Below are positions 10,296 to 24,077 of a stretch of DNA of 64,000 nucleotides, one piece after another (position 1 is the stretch's first letter; each line of letters starts with the position of its first letter). Source of the DNA: Alphaproteobacteria bacterium (GTDB taxonomy: Bacteria; Pseudomonadota; Alphaproteobacteria; SHVV01); the NCBI GenBank assembly GCA_965261735.1, contig OZ253470.1:928001-992000 (forward strand), in the 5' to 3' direction. The notes beneath the pieces were generated by a model. The model ran no database searches, was not told the DNA's origin, and worked only from the letters and a program-made list of their open reading frames with translations. Made by a program: the position numbers and the translations under genes.

Positions 10296-10297
10296 TC

Positions 10298-12139
10298 TCA
10301 ACCCGCGCGCGCCGCGGAATCATAAGGCGGCCGCTCCAGGGCGCCGCGCAGCCGGATCTCGTTGAAGATGTCACGCGCTATGGGCGCCGCGGTCCGGGCG
10401 CCCGAGCCGCCATGTTCGACGACGACAGCGACCGCATAGCGCGGCGAATCGGCAGGCGCGTAGGCGACGAACGAGGCGTGGTCACGCTCTTCGCGCGGCA
10501 CCTCGGCGGTGCGGCGCAGGCCGCGCCGGCGGTTGGCCATGGTGATTCGCCTCACCTGGGAGGTCCCGGTCTTGCCGGCAATACGGAAGTCGTCGTCGTC
10601 GATACGCGAGCGATAGGCGGTGCCGCGTTGACTGTTGCTGACGCGGACCATGGCGCGATGCACGAGAGCGATCGAGCCCTCCGACACACCGAGCGGCGGG
10701 ACCGTCTCCTCCGCGTCGGCGCCGCGAACGAGCCGCGGGCGGATCGCCTTGCCGCCGTTGGCGATACGCGCCACCATCACCGCAAGTTGCAGCGGCGTGG
10801 TCAGCACGTAGCCTTGGCCGATTCCGGTGTTCAGCGTCTCGCCCTGCTGCCACGGCCGGCCCAATGCTGCGCGCTTCCAGGCCACGGTCGGCATCAAGCC
10901 CGCCTTCTCGGCCGGCAGTTCGATCCCGAGCTTGGCGCCGAGGCCGAAGCGGCGCGCCATCGCCGCAATGCGATCGACACCCGTACGCTTGGCGACGTCG
11001 AAGAAGAACACGTCGCAGCTCTGCTCGATCGCCGGCACCAACCTCATCAGGCCGTGACCGCCGCGCTTCCAGCAATGAAACGTCCGATTGCCGAGCCTCG
11101 TCTCGCCGGTACAGCGAGCGCTGTGTTCGCTCGATATGGCGCCGCTCTCGAGCGCCGCCAGGGCCACCACCATCTTAAAGGTCGATCCGGGGGGATACTG
11201 ACCCGCGACCGCCCGGTTGACGAGGGGATGGCGAGGATCGGCGGCGAGCGAACGCCACTCCTGCTGGGTGAGGCCGACGTTGAAGGCATTGGGATCGAAT
11301 GTCGGAACCGAGGCCATCGCCAGCACGTCGCCATTGTGGACGTCGAGCACGACGCCGGCCGCGCTCTCGCCCTCGAGCCGCCGCATGACGTATTCCTGGA
11401 GCGCGGCATCGATGGTCAGCGTGAGGTCGGCCCCGGGTTGGCCGTCACGCCTGCTGAGCTCGCGGATCACGCGGCCATACGCGTTGACCTCCACCCGACT
11501 ACTGCCGGCCTTGCCGCGCAGGCTGAGATCATAGACCTTCTCGATTCCGCTCTTGCCGACGCGAAAGCCGGGTAGCTCGAGCAGCGGATCGGCCGAGGTG
11601 TCTTCCTCCGACACCGCGGCGACGTAGCCGACGATGTGGGCGAACGGTGCGCCCCGAGGGTAGTAACGCGTTTCGCCAACGTCGGACTGCACGCCGGGTA
11701 GATCGGGGCTGTGCATGTTGATGCGCGAAAACTGACTCCACGTCAGGTTCTCGGTCACCGAGATCGGAACGAACCCGCGCTTGCGCTTGGCCTCGCGCAG
11801 GATGCGCCGACGTTCGTGGTCGGCCACGGGGATGTGCCGGCCGAGCCGCGCCAGGGTCTCCTCGACGCTCCCGGTCTGCTCCGGGATCAGCACCACGCGG
11901 TAGTTGCGCTCGTTACCCGCGACCTCGACGCCGTGGCGGTCGAGGATGCGCCCGCGCAGCGGCGGCAGGAGCCGAAGATTGATGCGGTTCTCCTCGGCCA
12001 GCATCTTGTACTGGTCGGCCTCGACAACCTGCAGGTAGTACATGCGCCCGGCGAGCACGGCGAACAGCGCAAGCTGGCCACCGCCCAGCAGCGCCGCGCG
12101 CCGTGTGAACGCCTTCGATCGATCGGCGTGGCGGCGCAC
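10298..12139 (-). CDS. mrdA: penicillin-binding protein 2
   Basis: RGRILDR, YPPGSTFK (SxxK), SCD, KTGT; mre operon context. Confidence 0.96.
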   Translation of the reverse strand: MRRHADRSKAFTRRAALLGGGQLALFAVLAGRMYYLQVVEADQYKMLAEENRINLRLLPPLRGRILDRHGVEVAGNERNYRVVLIPEQTGSVEETLARLGRHIPVADHERRRILREAKRKRGFVPISVTENLTWSQFSRINMHSPDLPGVQSDVGETRYYPRGAPFAHIVGYVAAVSEEDTSADPLLELPGFRVGKSGIEKVYDLSLRGKAGSSRVEVNAYGRVIRELSRRDGQPGADLTLTIDAALQEYVMRRLEGESAAGVVLDVHNGDVLAMASVPTFDPNAFNVGLTQQEWRSLAADPRHPLVNRAVAGQYPPGSTFKMVVALAALESGAISSEHSARCTGETRLGNRTFHCWKRGGHGLMRLVPAIEQSCDVFFFDVAKRTGVDRIAAMARRFGLGAKLGIELPAEKAGLMPTVAWKRAALGRPWQQGETLNTGIGQGYVLTTPLQLAVMVARIANGGKAIRPRLVRGADAEETVPPLGVSEGSIALVHRAMVRVSNSQRGTAYRSRIDDDDFRIAGKTGTSQVRRITMANRRRGLRRTAEVPREERDHASFVAYAPADSPRYAVAVVVEHGGSGARTAAPIARDIFNEIRLRGALERPPYDSAARAG

Positions 12140-12140
12140 G

Positions 12141-12656
12141 TCAGGCCGCGCGTGTGAGCGAGCGCCGCATCCGGCTGATCAGCCACGTGAGGAGGGGGTA
12201 TAGCCCCACCGTGAGCAGCCATTGGGCCGCGACCGGTCCCGGCGGCAGCAACGTGGCGAAAAGAAGCGACGCCGCCAGCCAGGCGAAGGCCGCGGCGCCG
12301 CTGGCGACCAACAGGAAGCCCCACCACTCGACGAGGAAGGTCATGCCCAGGAAGACGCGGCGCTGGCTCACGACAATGCCGTGGACGAGCAGGAGCACGA
12401 GCGCCGTCAGACCCACCGGCGTACCGCTCAAGAGGTCCTGAATCAACCCGATCGCGAACACCACGACCGCCGGCAGCAGGTCAGGCCGGTAGATGCTCCA
12501 GTAGTAGACGGCGATGAGCGCCAACGCGGGCGTCACCCGGTCGAGATAGGGAACGGCGAGTGGCAGCTGCGCAATGATCACCAGCACCAGCGTTGACAGC
12601 GTCGGGATCAACGCTCGCGCCAAGCGATCGATGCCCGGCCACGACGACTCGCTCAC
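12141..12656 (-). CDS. mreD: rod shape-determining protein MreD
   Basis: Hydrophobic; YYWSIYRP and GLIQDLLSGTPVG; start estimated at GTG 12656. Confidence 0.88.
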   Translation of the reverse strand: MSESSWPGIDRLARALIPTLSTLVLVIIAQLPLAVPYLDRVTPALALIAVYYWSIYRPDLLPAVVVFAIGLIQDLLSGTPVGLTALVLLLVHGIVVSQRRVFLGMTFLVEWWGFLLVASGAAAFAWLAASLLFATLLPPGPVAAQWLLTVGLYPLLTWLISRMRRSLTRAA

Positions 12657-12669
12657 CCGCCCCAGCCCT

Positions 12670-13530
12670 TCATTCGAGGCCGCCGTCGGGCGCGAGCGCA
12701 GGTAGGTCGTAGCGCACGACGCGGACGTATTCGAGGCGGCCGAACTTGACCAGCGGCTGCACCCTGACATCGCCCTCGCGCGCTACCGCGATGACGCCCA
12801 CGGGCAACCCGGCGGGTAGCAAGCCGCCGTCGCCCGAGGTCACGACGCGATCACCGAGCCGAACCGGGGGACCGTCGGCCAGAAACTCGAGCGCCGGCCA
12901 TTCGCGGTTGTCGCCGGCGAGAATGGCGCGCTTTCGCGTCCCCTGGATCAGCACCGGTATGCGCGAGTTGAGGTCCGTGAGGAGCAGGATGCGCGAGGCT
13001 CGCTTGCCCGTTTCGACGACGTGGCCGACGAGGCCCTCGCCGGTGACCGCGACCTGCCCCTTGAGGACGCCGTCGCGCGCCCCGGCGCTGAGAAGGATGG
13101 TGCGCACGAAGGGTCCGCCGGAATCACTGATGACGCGCGCGGAAATATAGGAGATGCCGGGATCCGTCTGAGCGCCGAGCAGGGCGCGAAAGGCCGCGTT
13201 CTGATGCTCGAAGCGGCGCGCCGCGGTCTGCCACTGGAGCAGGCGCGCGTTCTCCTCCCGGAGCCGCGCATTTTCGCGGCGCAGGTAGACGAGCCCGCGC
13301 ACCTGGTCGATCGTATGGTTGACGGCGGCAATGGGCTGCGACAGGACGGCCAGCACCGGAGCGGCGGTGTCGGAGACGGCGACGCGAAAGCGCTCGACGA
13401 GGGCCGTATCGGCGCGCCCGACCATCATCAGGATAAGGGCCGCGCCAACGAGGAGGACAAAGGCGAAGCGCTGGGCGATGACGCGGGGCAGCACCGTCAG
13501 GCGCAGCGTCCGGTCCTCAGGACCTCTCAT
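12670..13530 (-). CDS. mreC: rod shape-determining protein MreC
   Basis: Coiled coil ENARLREEN, GLVGHV, VVTSGDGGLLPAGLPVG. Confidence 0.94.
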   Translation of the reverse strand: MRGPEDRTLRLTVLPRVIAQRFAFVLLVGAALILMMVGRADTALVERFRVAVSDTAAPVLAVLSQPIAAVNHTIDQVRGLVYLRRENARLREENARLLQWQTAARRFEHQNAAFRALLGAQTDPGISYISARVISDSGGPFVRTILLSAGARDGVLKGQVAVTGEGLVGHVVETGKRASRILLLTDLNSRIPVLIQGTRKRAILAGDNREWPALEFLADGPPVRLGDRVVTSGDGGLLPAGLPVGVIAVAREGDVRVQPLVKFGRLEYVRVVRYDLPALAPDGGLE

Positions 13531-13579
13531 TTGGCGTTTCGCGCACGCAAACCGGGCACCCCCCTAAGAGGCGAGAGCG

Positions 13580-16256
<2,677 letters not shown>

Positions 16257-16304
16257 GGCACTGGGTCCTCTGATGCGTTGTTCCGGCGTACGCTCGACTT
16301 CATC

Positions 16305-16371
16305 CCCCTGAACGCCGGATCGCTCTAGCGACCCCCGCTCAGGGGCGACTAAGTCGCCGAAGCGAGCGCAT
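16305..16371 (-). promoter_or_regulatory. putative leuA attenuator with leader peptide MRSLRRLSRP (16371-16339)
   Basis: 10-codon ORF with two CTT Leu codons; CCCCTGAGCG can pair with CGTTCAGGGG, or alternatively GGCGACT with AGTCGCC. Confidence 0.55.
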
Positions 16372-16580
16372 CGCTCGGCTCGCCGCCCTGCCCTCTCTCT
16401 GTATCATCATCAGGTGACCAACAAAAACAGTGCAAAATCAAAGGCCTGGCGAGGTCCCGCTCTGACCCGATCTCGCTAACCAGGGTTAGCAATACATGAA
16501 TCCGGTAAAAAAACCTTAACGATAATCGCATTCTTACGCCCAGCCGCGCCCGTTTCGCAACCGTATTCGATTGGGCGAAC

Positions 16581-17651
<1,071 letters not shown>

Positions 17652-18167
17652 TCAGAACGGGTCGGGACCGCGGCTGATCGCGGCGACGCCGGTGCGCGAC
17701 ACGTCGACCAAGCCGAGCGGCCGCATCAGCTCGATGAAGGCATCGATCTTGTCGGTCGAGCCCGTCATCTCGAACACGAAGGAGCGCGCGCTGCTGTCGA
17801 CCACGCGCGCCCGGAAGATGTCGGCGATGCGCAGCGACTCGACCCGCTTGTCGCCGCGGCCGCCGACCTTGATCAAGGCGAGCTCGCGCTCGACGGAGGG
17901 GCCGTCGACCGTGAGGTCGCGCACGCCGTGAATCGGCACGAGCCGGCCGAGCTGGTTCTTGATCTGCTCGATCACCATCGGTGTTCCGGAGGTCACGATA
18001 TTGATCCGCGAGACGTTGGTCTCCGCGTCGACCTCGGCCACGGTCAGGCTCTCGATGTTGTAGCCGCGGCCCGAGAACAGCCCGATGACGCGCGCCAGAA
18101 CGCCCGCCTCGTTGTCGACCAGCACCGCAATCGCGTGCCTGCGCTCCCCGTCTTGCACTGGATTCAT
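17652..18167 (-). CDS. ilvN: acetolactate synthase small subunit
   Basis: ACT domain VDNEAGVLARVIGLFSGRGYNIESL. Confidence 0.95.
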   Translation of the reverse strand: MNPVQDGERRHAIAVLVDNEAGVLARVIGLFSGRGYNIESLTVAEVDAETNVSRINIVTSGTPMVIEQIKNQLGRLVPIHGVRDLTVDGPSVERELALIKVGGRGDKRVESLRIADIFRARVVDSSARSFVFEMTGSTDKIDAFIELMRPLGLVDVSRTGVAAISRGPDPF

Positions 18168-18210
18168 ATCCCTTGCGGCGGCGCCCGCCGCCGTCCGCCC
18201 TCAGGGCCGA

Positions 18211-19968
18211 TCAAACCAGCGCTCTCGCGTCGGGCGAAACCTCGGGAGGCGCCTCGTTGGGGCCGAGCAGCATGTCGTAGTGGGCGGCGCCCGAGGGGAT
18301 CATGGGGTAGCAGTTCTCCTTCGGGTCAACGACCATGTCGGCCACGACCGGTCCATCCGCTTCGATCATGTGGCGGATCGTGTCGTCGACCTCGTCGGGG
18401 CGGGTCGCCCTGAGGCCGAGAGCCCCGAAGGATTCCGCGAGCTGGACGAAATCAGGCAGCGCCGACATGTAGCTCTCGGCGTAGCGGCCGCCGTGCATGA
18501 GCTCCTGCCACTGGCGCACCATGCCCATGTAGGAGTTGTTGAGAATGAACACCTTGACCGGCAGCCGGTGCTGCATCACCGTCGACAGCTCCTGGAAGTT
18601 CATCATGATCGACGCTTCGCCGGCGACATCGATGACCAGGGCGCCCGGGTGGGCGACCTGAACGCCGATCGCCGCCGGCAGGCCGTAGCCCATGGTGCCG
18701 AGCCCGCCCGAGGTCATCCACCGGAAGGGTTCCTCGAACTTCAGGAACTGGGCCGCCCACATCTGGTGCTGGCCGACCTCGGTGGTGATGTAGACGTCGC
18801 GCTCCTTGATGAAGTGGTACAGGCGTTCGAGCGCGTATTGCGGCTTGATGATCCGGTCGTCCATCTCGTAGCGCAAGCATTGGCGCGCGCGCCACTTGTC
18901 GATCTTGGCCCACCACGACTTGAGCGCGGCCGCATCGGCCTTGTAGCGCTTGGCCCGCCACACCTTGATCATGTCGTCGAGCACCCGTCCGACGTCGCCG
19001 ACGATGCCAACGTCGACCATGACGTTCTTGTTGATTGACGAGGGGTCGATGTCGACGTGGATCTTGCGCGAGCCCTGTGAGAAGCAGTCGAGTCGGCCCG
19101 TGATGCGGTCGTCGAAGCGCGAGCCGATGGCGATCATGAGGTCGCACTCGGCCATCGCCATGTTCGCCTCGAGCGTTCCGTGCATCCCGAGCATGCCGAG
19201 AAACTGAGGGTCGGAAGCAGGGAACGCGCCCAGCCCCATGACCGTATTGGTGACCGGGAAGCCGGTGATATGCGCCAACTTGGTCAGCAGTTTGGAGGCC
19301 CCAACGCCGGAATTGATGACGCCGCCGCCGGTATAGAAGATCGGCCGTTTGGCCTCGGCGATCATCTCAACCGCCTGCGCGATCAGCGCCGGGTCGCCCT
19401 TGACCGGGGGCCGGTAGGTCTTGTGGGTAATGTTCTTGGGGCCGACATAGGGCCCGCTCGCGAGCTGAACGTCCTTCGGCAAGTCGACGACGACCGGACC
19501 GGGACGACCGGTATGCGCGACGTAGAAGGCCTCGTGCATCACGCGTGCCAAGTCGTTGACGTCGCGCACCAGGTAGTTGTGCTTGGTGCAGGGCCGCGTG
19601 ATGCCGACGGTGTCGGCCTCCTGGAACGCGTCGTTGCCGATCAGGTGGGTCGCGACCTGGCCGGTGAGACAGACGACCGGAATGCTGTCCATGAGCGCGT
19701 CGGTAAGGCCTGTGACCGCGTTGGTGGCACCTGGCCCCGAGGTCACCAGTAGCACGCCGACCTTGCCCGTCGAGCGCGCATAGCCCTCGGCCGCGTGGGC
19801 CGCCCCGGGCTCGTGCCGCACGAGAACGTGGCGCAAGCTGTTCTGAGTGAACAGCGCATCGTAGATGGGCAGAACCGCGCCACCGGGGTAGCCGAAGACC
19901 ACGTCGACACCCTGGTCGAGCAGCGCCTTGATCACGATTTCCGCGCCGGTTAGCAGTCGTTCGGCCAT
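18211..19968 (-). CDS. ilvB: biosynthetic acetolactate synthase large subunit
   Basis: FGYPGGAVL, RHE, TSGPGATN, GQHQMW, SGGLGTMG, MVRQWQ. Confidence 0.96.
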   Translation of the reverse strand: MAERLLTGAEIVIKALLDQGVDVVFGYPGGAVLPIYDALFTQNSLRHVLVRHEPGAAHAAEGYARSTGKVGVLLVTSGPGATNAVTGLTDALMDSIPVVCLTGQVATHLIGNDAFQEADTVGITRPCTKHNYLVRDVNDLARVMHEAFYVAHTGRPGPVVVDLPKDVQLASGPYVGPKNITHKTYRPPVKGDPALIAQAVEMIAEAKRPIFYTGGGVINSGVGASKLLTKLAHITGFPVTNTVMGLGAFPASDPQFLGMLGMHGTLEANMAMAECDLMIAIGSRFDDRITGRLDCFSQGSRKIHVDIDPSSINKNVMVDVGIVGDVGRVLDDMIKVWRAKRYKADAAALKSWWAKIDKWRARQCLRYEMDDRIIKPQYALERLYHFIKERDVYITTEVGQHQMWAAQFLKFEEPFRWMTSGGLGTMGYGLPAAIGVQVAHPGALVIDVAGEASIMMNFQELSTVMQHRLPVKVFILNNSYMGMVRQWQELMHGGRYAESYMSALPDFVQLAESFGALGLRATRPDEVDDTIRHMIEADGPVVADMVVDPKENCYPMIPSGAAHYDMLLGPNEAPPEVSPDARALV

Positions 19969-20087
19969 GAAAGCCCGGCTCCCATCTAGCAATCGCCGAC
20001 GACCGTGCCCAACGGGACGCGTGCGCCGCTCCTCCCCGCCCGACCCCATGCCCACGGCGTGTCGGAAAGTGGCGACACCCTAGTTTG

Positions 20088-21047
20088 TCACTGGGTCTCG
20101 GTCAACAAAAAGGGGCAAACAATTGGAAAGATTCTCTCAAAAAAACTTTCCGAATGTTGCGCCTCGATCCGTGTCCAATCGCGCATCTGATGTCGCTGCC
20201 AAGTGAGCTGCCGCTTGGCGTAGCGCCGGGTCGCCGCTTGCGCAGCGGCGAGCGCGTCTTCGAGCGAGAGCTCGCCCTCGAGGTGCCGCATGAGTTGGCG
20301 CAGTCCCTGCGCCTTCATCGCCGGTAGCTCGGGGTCGAGTGCGCGCTCCCTCAGGGCCGCGACCTCGGCCAGGACGCCGCGCTCGATCATCCCCTGTAGA
20401 CGTCGGTCGAGCCGCTCGTACAGCGCCTCGCGCGGCGGCGCGAGGACAAAGCGCGCGGCCGCGCCGGGGAGCGTGGCGTCGGAGGCGCCGGCCTGCCATT
20501 GTGCGAGCGAGGTGCCCGTCGCCTCCAGCACCTCCGATGCTCGTATCATACGTTGAGCGTCGGCCGGAACGAGGCGCGCCGCCATCCTCGGGTCGCGCTC
20601 GCCGAGCTCGCGATGAAACGCCTCCGCCCCGAGCCTGGCAAGGCGTTCGCGCGCGGCCTGACGCGAGGCGGCCGGAATGGCCGGCACCGGCGCCAGGCCG
20701 TGCGTCAGGGCGCGAAAGTAGAGGCCGGTGCCGCCGACCACGATGGGGACCCGCCCCGCGCGCCACGCACCGGCCACGGCATCGAGCGCGAGGCCGCGCC
20801 AGCGCCCGGCCGAGCACGGGTCGGTCGCCGGTAGAATGCCGTAGAGGCGGTGCGGGGCGCGCGCTTCGTCGACCGGCGTCGGCCGCGCGGTGAGGACGCG
20901 GAGCTCGCGATAGACCTGTTGGCTGTCGGCATTTATGATCCACGCGCCGCCACGATCCTTCAGGCCTTCGGCGAGCCGGAGCGCGAGTTCGGACTTGCCG
21001 GACCCGGTCGGCCCGGCGATCAGAATGGATTTGCCCGGTGCGATCAT
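20088..21047 (-). CDS. miaA: tRNA dimethylallyltransferase
   Basis: GPTGSGKS, NADSQQVY, VGGTGLY, TRRYAKRQLTW. Confidence 0.95.
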   Translation of the reverse strand: MIAPGKSILIAGPTGSGKSELALRLAEGLKDRGGAWIINADSQQVYRELRVLTARPTPVDEARAPHRLYGILPATDPCSAGRWRGLALDAVAGAWRAGRVPIVVGGTGLYFRALTHGLAPVPAIPAASRQAARERLARLGAEAFHRELGERDPRMAARLVPADAQRMIRASEVLEATGTSLAQWQAGASDATLPGAAARFVLAPPREALYERLDRRLQGMIERGVLAEVAALRERALDPELPAMKAQGLRQLMRHLEGELSLEDALAAAQAATRRYAKRQLTWQRHQMRDWTRIEAQHSESFFERIFPIVCPFLLTETQ

Positions 21048-21100
21048 GCGCGCCGGCTCGGCGGCACGCCGAGTCCGCGGTCCGCCGAGCGTCGATGCCC

Positions 21101-22000
21101 ATGCTTCTTGTTGCGACACTGATTGGTGATCCGCTCGCGGCGACGCTGGGCGAGCGCGAGGCCGCGACCGCGGTGCAGGCGCTCGCCGCCGCGGGGGCGA
21201 GCACGCGGGCGCCGGTCTGGCTCGGGCACGGGCGCGCCTGCGATATCCCCTTCGAGGGCATCGCGCCCAAGGAGGCCGCGGCCGTGGTGCGCCGGGCGCT
21301 CAAGGGCGCAGCCGTCGATAGCGTCGTCCAGAACGCCGCTGGGCGGCGCAAGAGGCTCCTGATCGCGGACATGGACTCGACCATCATCGGCGTCGAATGC
21401 ATCGACGAGGTCGCCGACCTCGCCGGTCGTCGCGCCGAGGTCGCGCGGATCACCGAGCGCGCGATGCGCGGCGACATCGACTTCGTGGCCGCGTTGCGCG
21501 AGCGCGCGGCGATGCTGGCCGGGCTGTCTACCGACGCCCTGGCCGAGGCGTACGAGCGCCGCGTCTTCCTCAATCCCGGAGCCCGGCGACTCGTGCAAAC
21601 CATGCGTGCGGGCGGCGCGTACACGGCGTTGGTTTCGGGCGGCTTTGCGTACTTCTCCGCCCGCGTCGCGGCGCAGGCCGGCTTCCACGAGCACCAGGCC
21701 AATGAATTGGAGATCGAAGACGGCCGCCTCACCGGCCGGGTGGCCGAGCCCATTCTCGGCGCCGACGCCAAACTCGAGGCTATGCGGCGCCTGCTGAGCG
21801 GGCGGCACCTCGACGCCGCGGACGCGATCGCAGTCGGCGACGGCGCCAACGACATGGCAATGATGGCGGCGGCCGGGCTCGGCGTCGCTTACCGTGCCAA
21901 GCCCCGCGTCGCCGAAGCGGCGGGCGCACGCATCGACGCCGGCGATCTTACCGCGCTGCTCTATCTCCAGGGCTACGCCGACGCCGAGTTCATCGACTGA
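21101..22000 (+). CDS. serB: phosphoserine phosphatase
   Basis: HAD motifs DMDST, VSGGF, GDGAND; divergent from miaA. Confidence 0.94.
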   Translation: MLLVATLIGDPLAATLGEREAATAVQALAAAGASTRAPVWLGHGRACDIPFEGIAPKEAAAVVRRALKGAAVDSVVQNAAGRRKRLLIADMDSTIIGVECIDEVADLAGRRAEVARITERAMRGDIDFVAALRERAAMLAGLSTDALAEAYERRVFLNPGARRLVQTMRAGGAYTALVSGGFAYFSARVAAQAGFHEHQANELEIEDGRLTGRVAEPILGADAKLEAMRRLLSGRHLDAADAIAVGDGANDMAMMAAAGLGVAYRAKPRVAEAAGARIDAGDLTALLYLQGYADAEFID

Positions 22001-22036
22001 CGTCCGAGGCCGGGAGGGCAGGCCGAAAAAGGGCGC

Positions 22037-23581
22037 TCAGCCCTGCGCCAGGGGGACGACAATGTAGAGGAAGTTCTCGCCCCGGCGCACGCGCAGGAGC
22101 ACGGAGCGGCGGTTGGCGTCGCGCGCCTCGCGCACCCGCTGTACGACGTCGGCCGACGAGGACACTTCCTCCTGATTGACCTCGAGCAAGACGTCACCGG
22201 CGAAAATGTTCTTGGCGCGCGCTGGGCTCTCCTCGCGTACGTCGGTCACCACGACCCCGTCGACGCCGTCGGCGATCTCGTGCTGCCGGCGCAGCTCCGA
22301 GGTGATCGCCGACAGAGTCATTCCCAGGGCGACGATCGTTTTCGTCGCCTGCTTGCCCGTCTCCGGATCGACGGCCGCAAGTGCCGTCCCGGATTCCTCG
22401 AGCTCGTCGATTTGGACCGTCAGGCTGAGCGGGCGCCCCTTGCGCCACACCTCGACCTCGACCTCGCGTCCGGCTTCGGTCTCAGCGACGATCCGCGGCA
22501 GCTTGCGCATCTCGTCGACCTCGCGGCCGTTGAAGCTCAGGATCACGTCGCCCGCCGCAAGGCCCGCGGCCTCGGCGGGACCGCCTTCGGTGACGCCGGC
22601 AACGAGGGCCCCTTGGGTACGATCCAGCCCGAGGCTTTCAGCGAGGTCCTCGGTGACCGTCTGGATACGGACCCCGAGCCACCCGCGGCGCGTGCGCCCG
22701 AACTTGGCGAGCTGGTCGATGACCGGCTTGGCGAGCGACGACGGAATGGCAAAGCCGATGCCGACCGAGCCGCCGGTGGGCGAAAAGATGGCGGTGTTGA
22801 TCCCGATGACTTCGCCTTCGATATTGAACATCGGGCCCCCGGAATTGCCCCGGTTGATCGAGGCGTCGGTTTGCAGGAAGTCGTCGTAGGGACCGGCGTT
22901 GATGTTGCGCCCGCGGGCCGAAATGATACCCGCGGTCACCGTGCCGCCGAGACCATAGGGGTTGCCGATGGCGAGCACCCAGTCGCCGACCCGCGCCACT
23001 TCGGAATCGCCCCAGGTCGTCGCAGGCAGGGGCCGGCCGGCCTCCACCTTGAGCACGGCGATGTCCGTCTTGGGATCGCGGCCGATGATCGTCGCCGAGA
23101 GCCTGGTGTTGTCGCTGAGGGTTATGGCGATTTCGTCGGCGTCGGCGATGACATGATTGTTGGTGATGATGATGCCGGACGGATCGACGATGAATCCCGA
23201 CCCCAGCGAGGTCACCCGACGGCGCGCCGGCGGCTCTTGCCCGCGCTCGCGCTGGCGGTCGAAAAACTCCTTGAAGAACTCCTCGAAGGGGGAGCCGGGC
23301 GGGAACTGGGGTACCGGCACTTCGCCGGCGCCGCGCTCCCGCGCGGCGGTTTGCGTGGTCGAGACATTGACCACCGTTGGCGACAGCCGCGCCGCCAAGT
23401 CGGCGAAGCCTTCGGATGCAGTCTTTGCCAGCGCCGGAGCCGACGCGATCATCAAAGCCGCCGCCATGAGCGACAGCAGGCCCGGAACCGGCGTGCCGCG
23501 CGGGCGCAGCGCGCCCGATAGCATCGCGATTCGCCGGGGGGTGAGAATGGCTTCAGTCATCTCCGCGTCGTCCTTCAACAT
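22037..23581 (-). CDS. Do/DegQ-family periplasmic serine protease with two PDZ domains (start uncertain)
   Basis: SLGSGF, TNNHV, TDIA, GNSGGP, GWLGV. Confidence 0.93.
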   Translation of the reverse strand: MLKDDAEMTEAILTPRRIAMLSGALRPRGTPVPGLLSLMAAALMIASAPALAKTASEGFADLAARLSPTVVNVSTTQTAARERGAGEVPVPQFPPGSPFEEFFKEFFDRQRERGQEPPARRRVTSLGSGFIVDPSGIIITNNHVIADADEIAITLSDNTRLSATIIGRDPKTDIAVLKVEAGRPLPATTWGDSEVARVGDWVLAIGNPYGLGGTVTAGIISARGRNINAGPYDDFLQTDASINRGNSGGPMFNIEGEVIGINTAIFSPTGGSVGIGFAIPSSLAKPVIDQLAKFGRTRRGWLGVRIQTVTEDLAESLGLDRTQGALVAGVTEGGPAEAAGLAAGDVILSFNGREVDEMRKLPRIVAETEAGREVEVEVWRKGRPLSLTVQIDELEESGTALAAVDPETGKQATKTIVALGMTLSAITSELRRQHEIADGVDGVVVTDVREESPARAKNIFAGDVLLEVNQEEVSSSADVVQRVREARDANRRSVLLRVRRGENFLYIVVPLAQG

Positions 23582-23817
23582 TCGATGCGCCGCGCGCCAC
23601 GGCGGCCGACCGTCATGCCGTCGGCGCCCGCCAGACAGGTAAGCCTAACACGACGGCCATTCAACCGTCGCGCCGCCGGAGCTACTCCGGGTCGAGACCC
23701 CAGATCGCGTCCCTTGGCATGTATGGCCCTAATTATGGAGACATTGTGGCTTGGACGCCAACAACCAGGAGGTGCCCTTCACGACGACGTGAAGGTGCCG
23801 GGCCGGCGGGCGGTGTT

Positions 23818-24003
23818 TCAGCCCTTGATCAGCCACACGATGCCGACGCCGGCTACGGCGAGCCCGAGACCTGCCGCCCGCAGCGAGCTCGAGGGCTGCG
23901 CCGACACCGTCTGCATCAGGCGCTTCATGCCGTCAGGAAACAGCGCGTACGCCGACCCTTCGATGGTCACGGCGAGCGCGAGCGCGAGCACTAGCTCCGA
24001 CAT
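23818..24003 (-). CDS. DUF2065 small membrane protein
   Basis: IEGSAYALFP...LRAAGL; usual position after hflC. Confidence 0.85.
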   Translation of the reverse strand: MSELVLALALAVTIEGSAYALFPDGMKRLMQTVSAQPSSSLRAAGLGLAVAGVGIVWLIKG

Positions 24004-24077
24004 TCGGTGCTCCCTGAAGCCGAGTCGATTGCACGTGGCGGGGACGGCACGCCCGGGCGGTCCCGCTGGTGAACGGC

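Noticed and set aside
16475-16530. GCTAACCAGGGTTAGC palindrome and TTAAC words upstream of leuA as CtrA boxes
   Set aside because: No proper TTAA-N7-TTAA match; may be promoter sequence but cannot be assigned.
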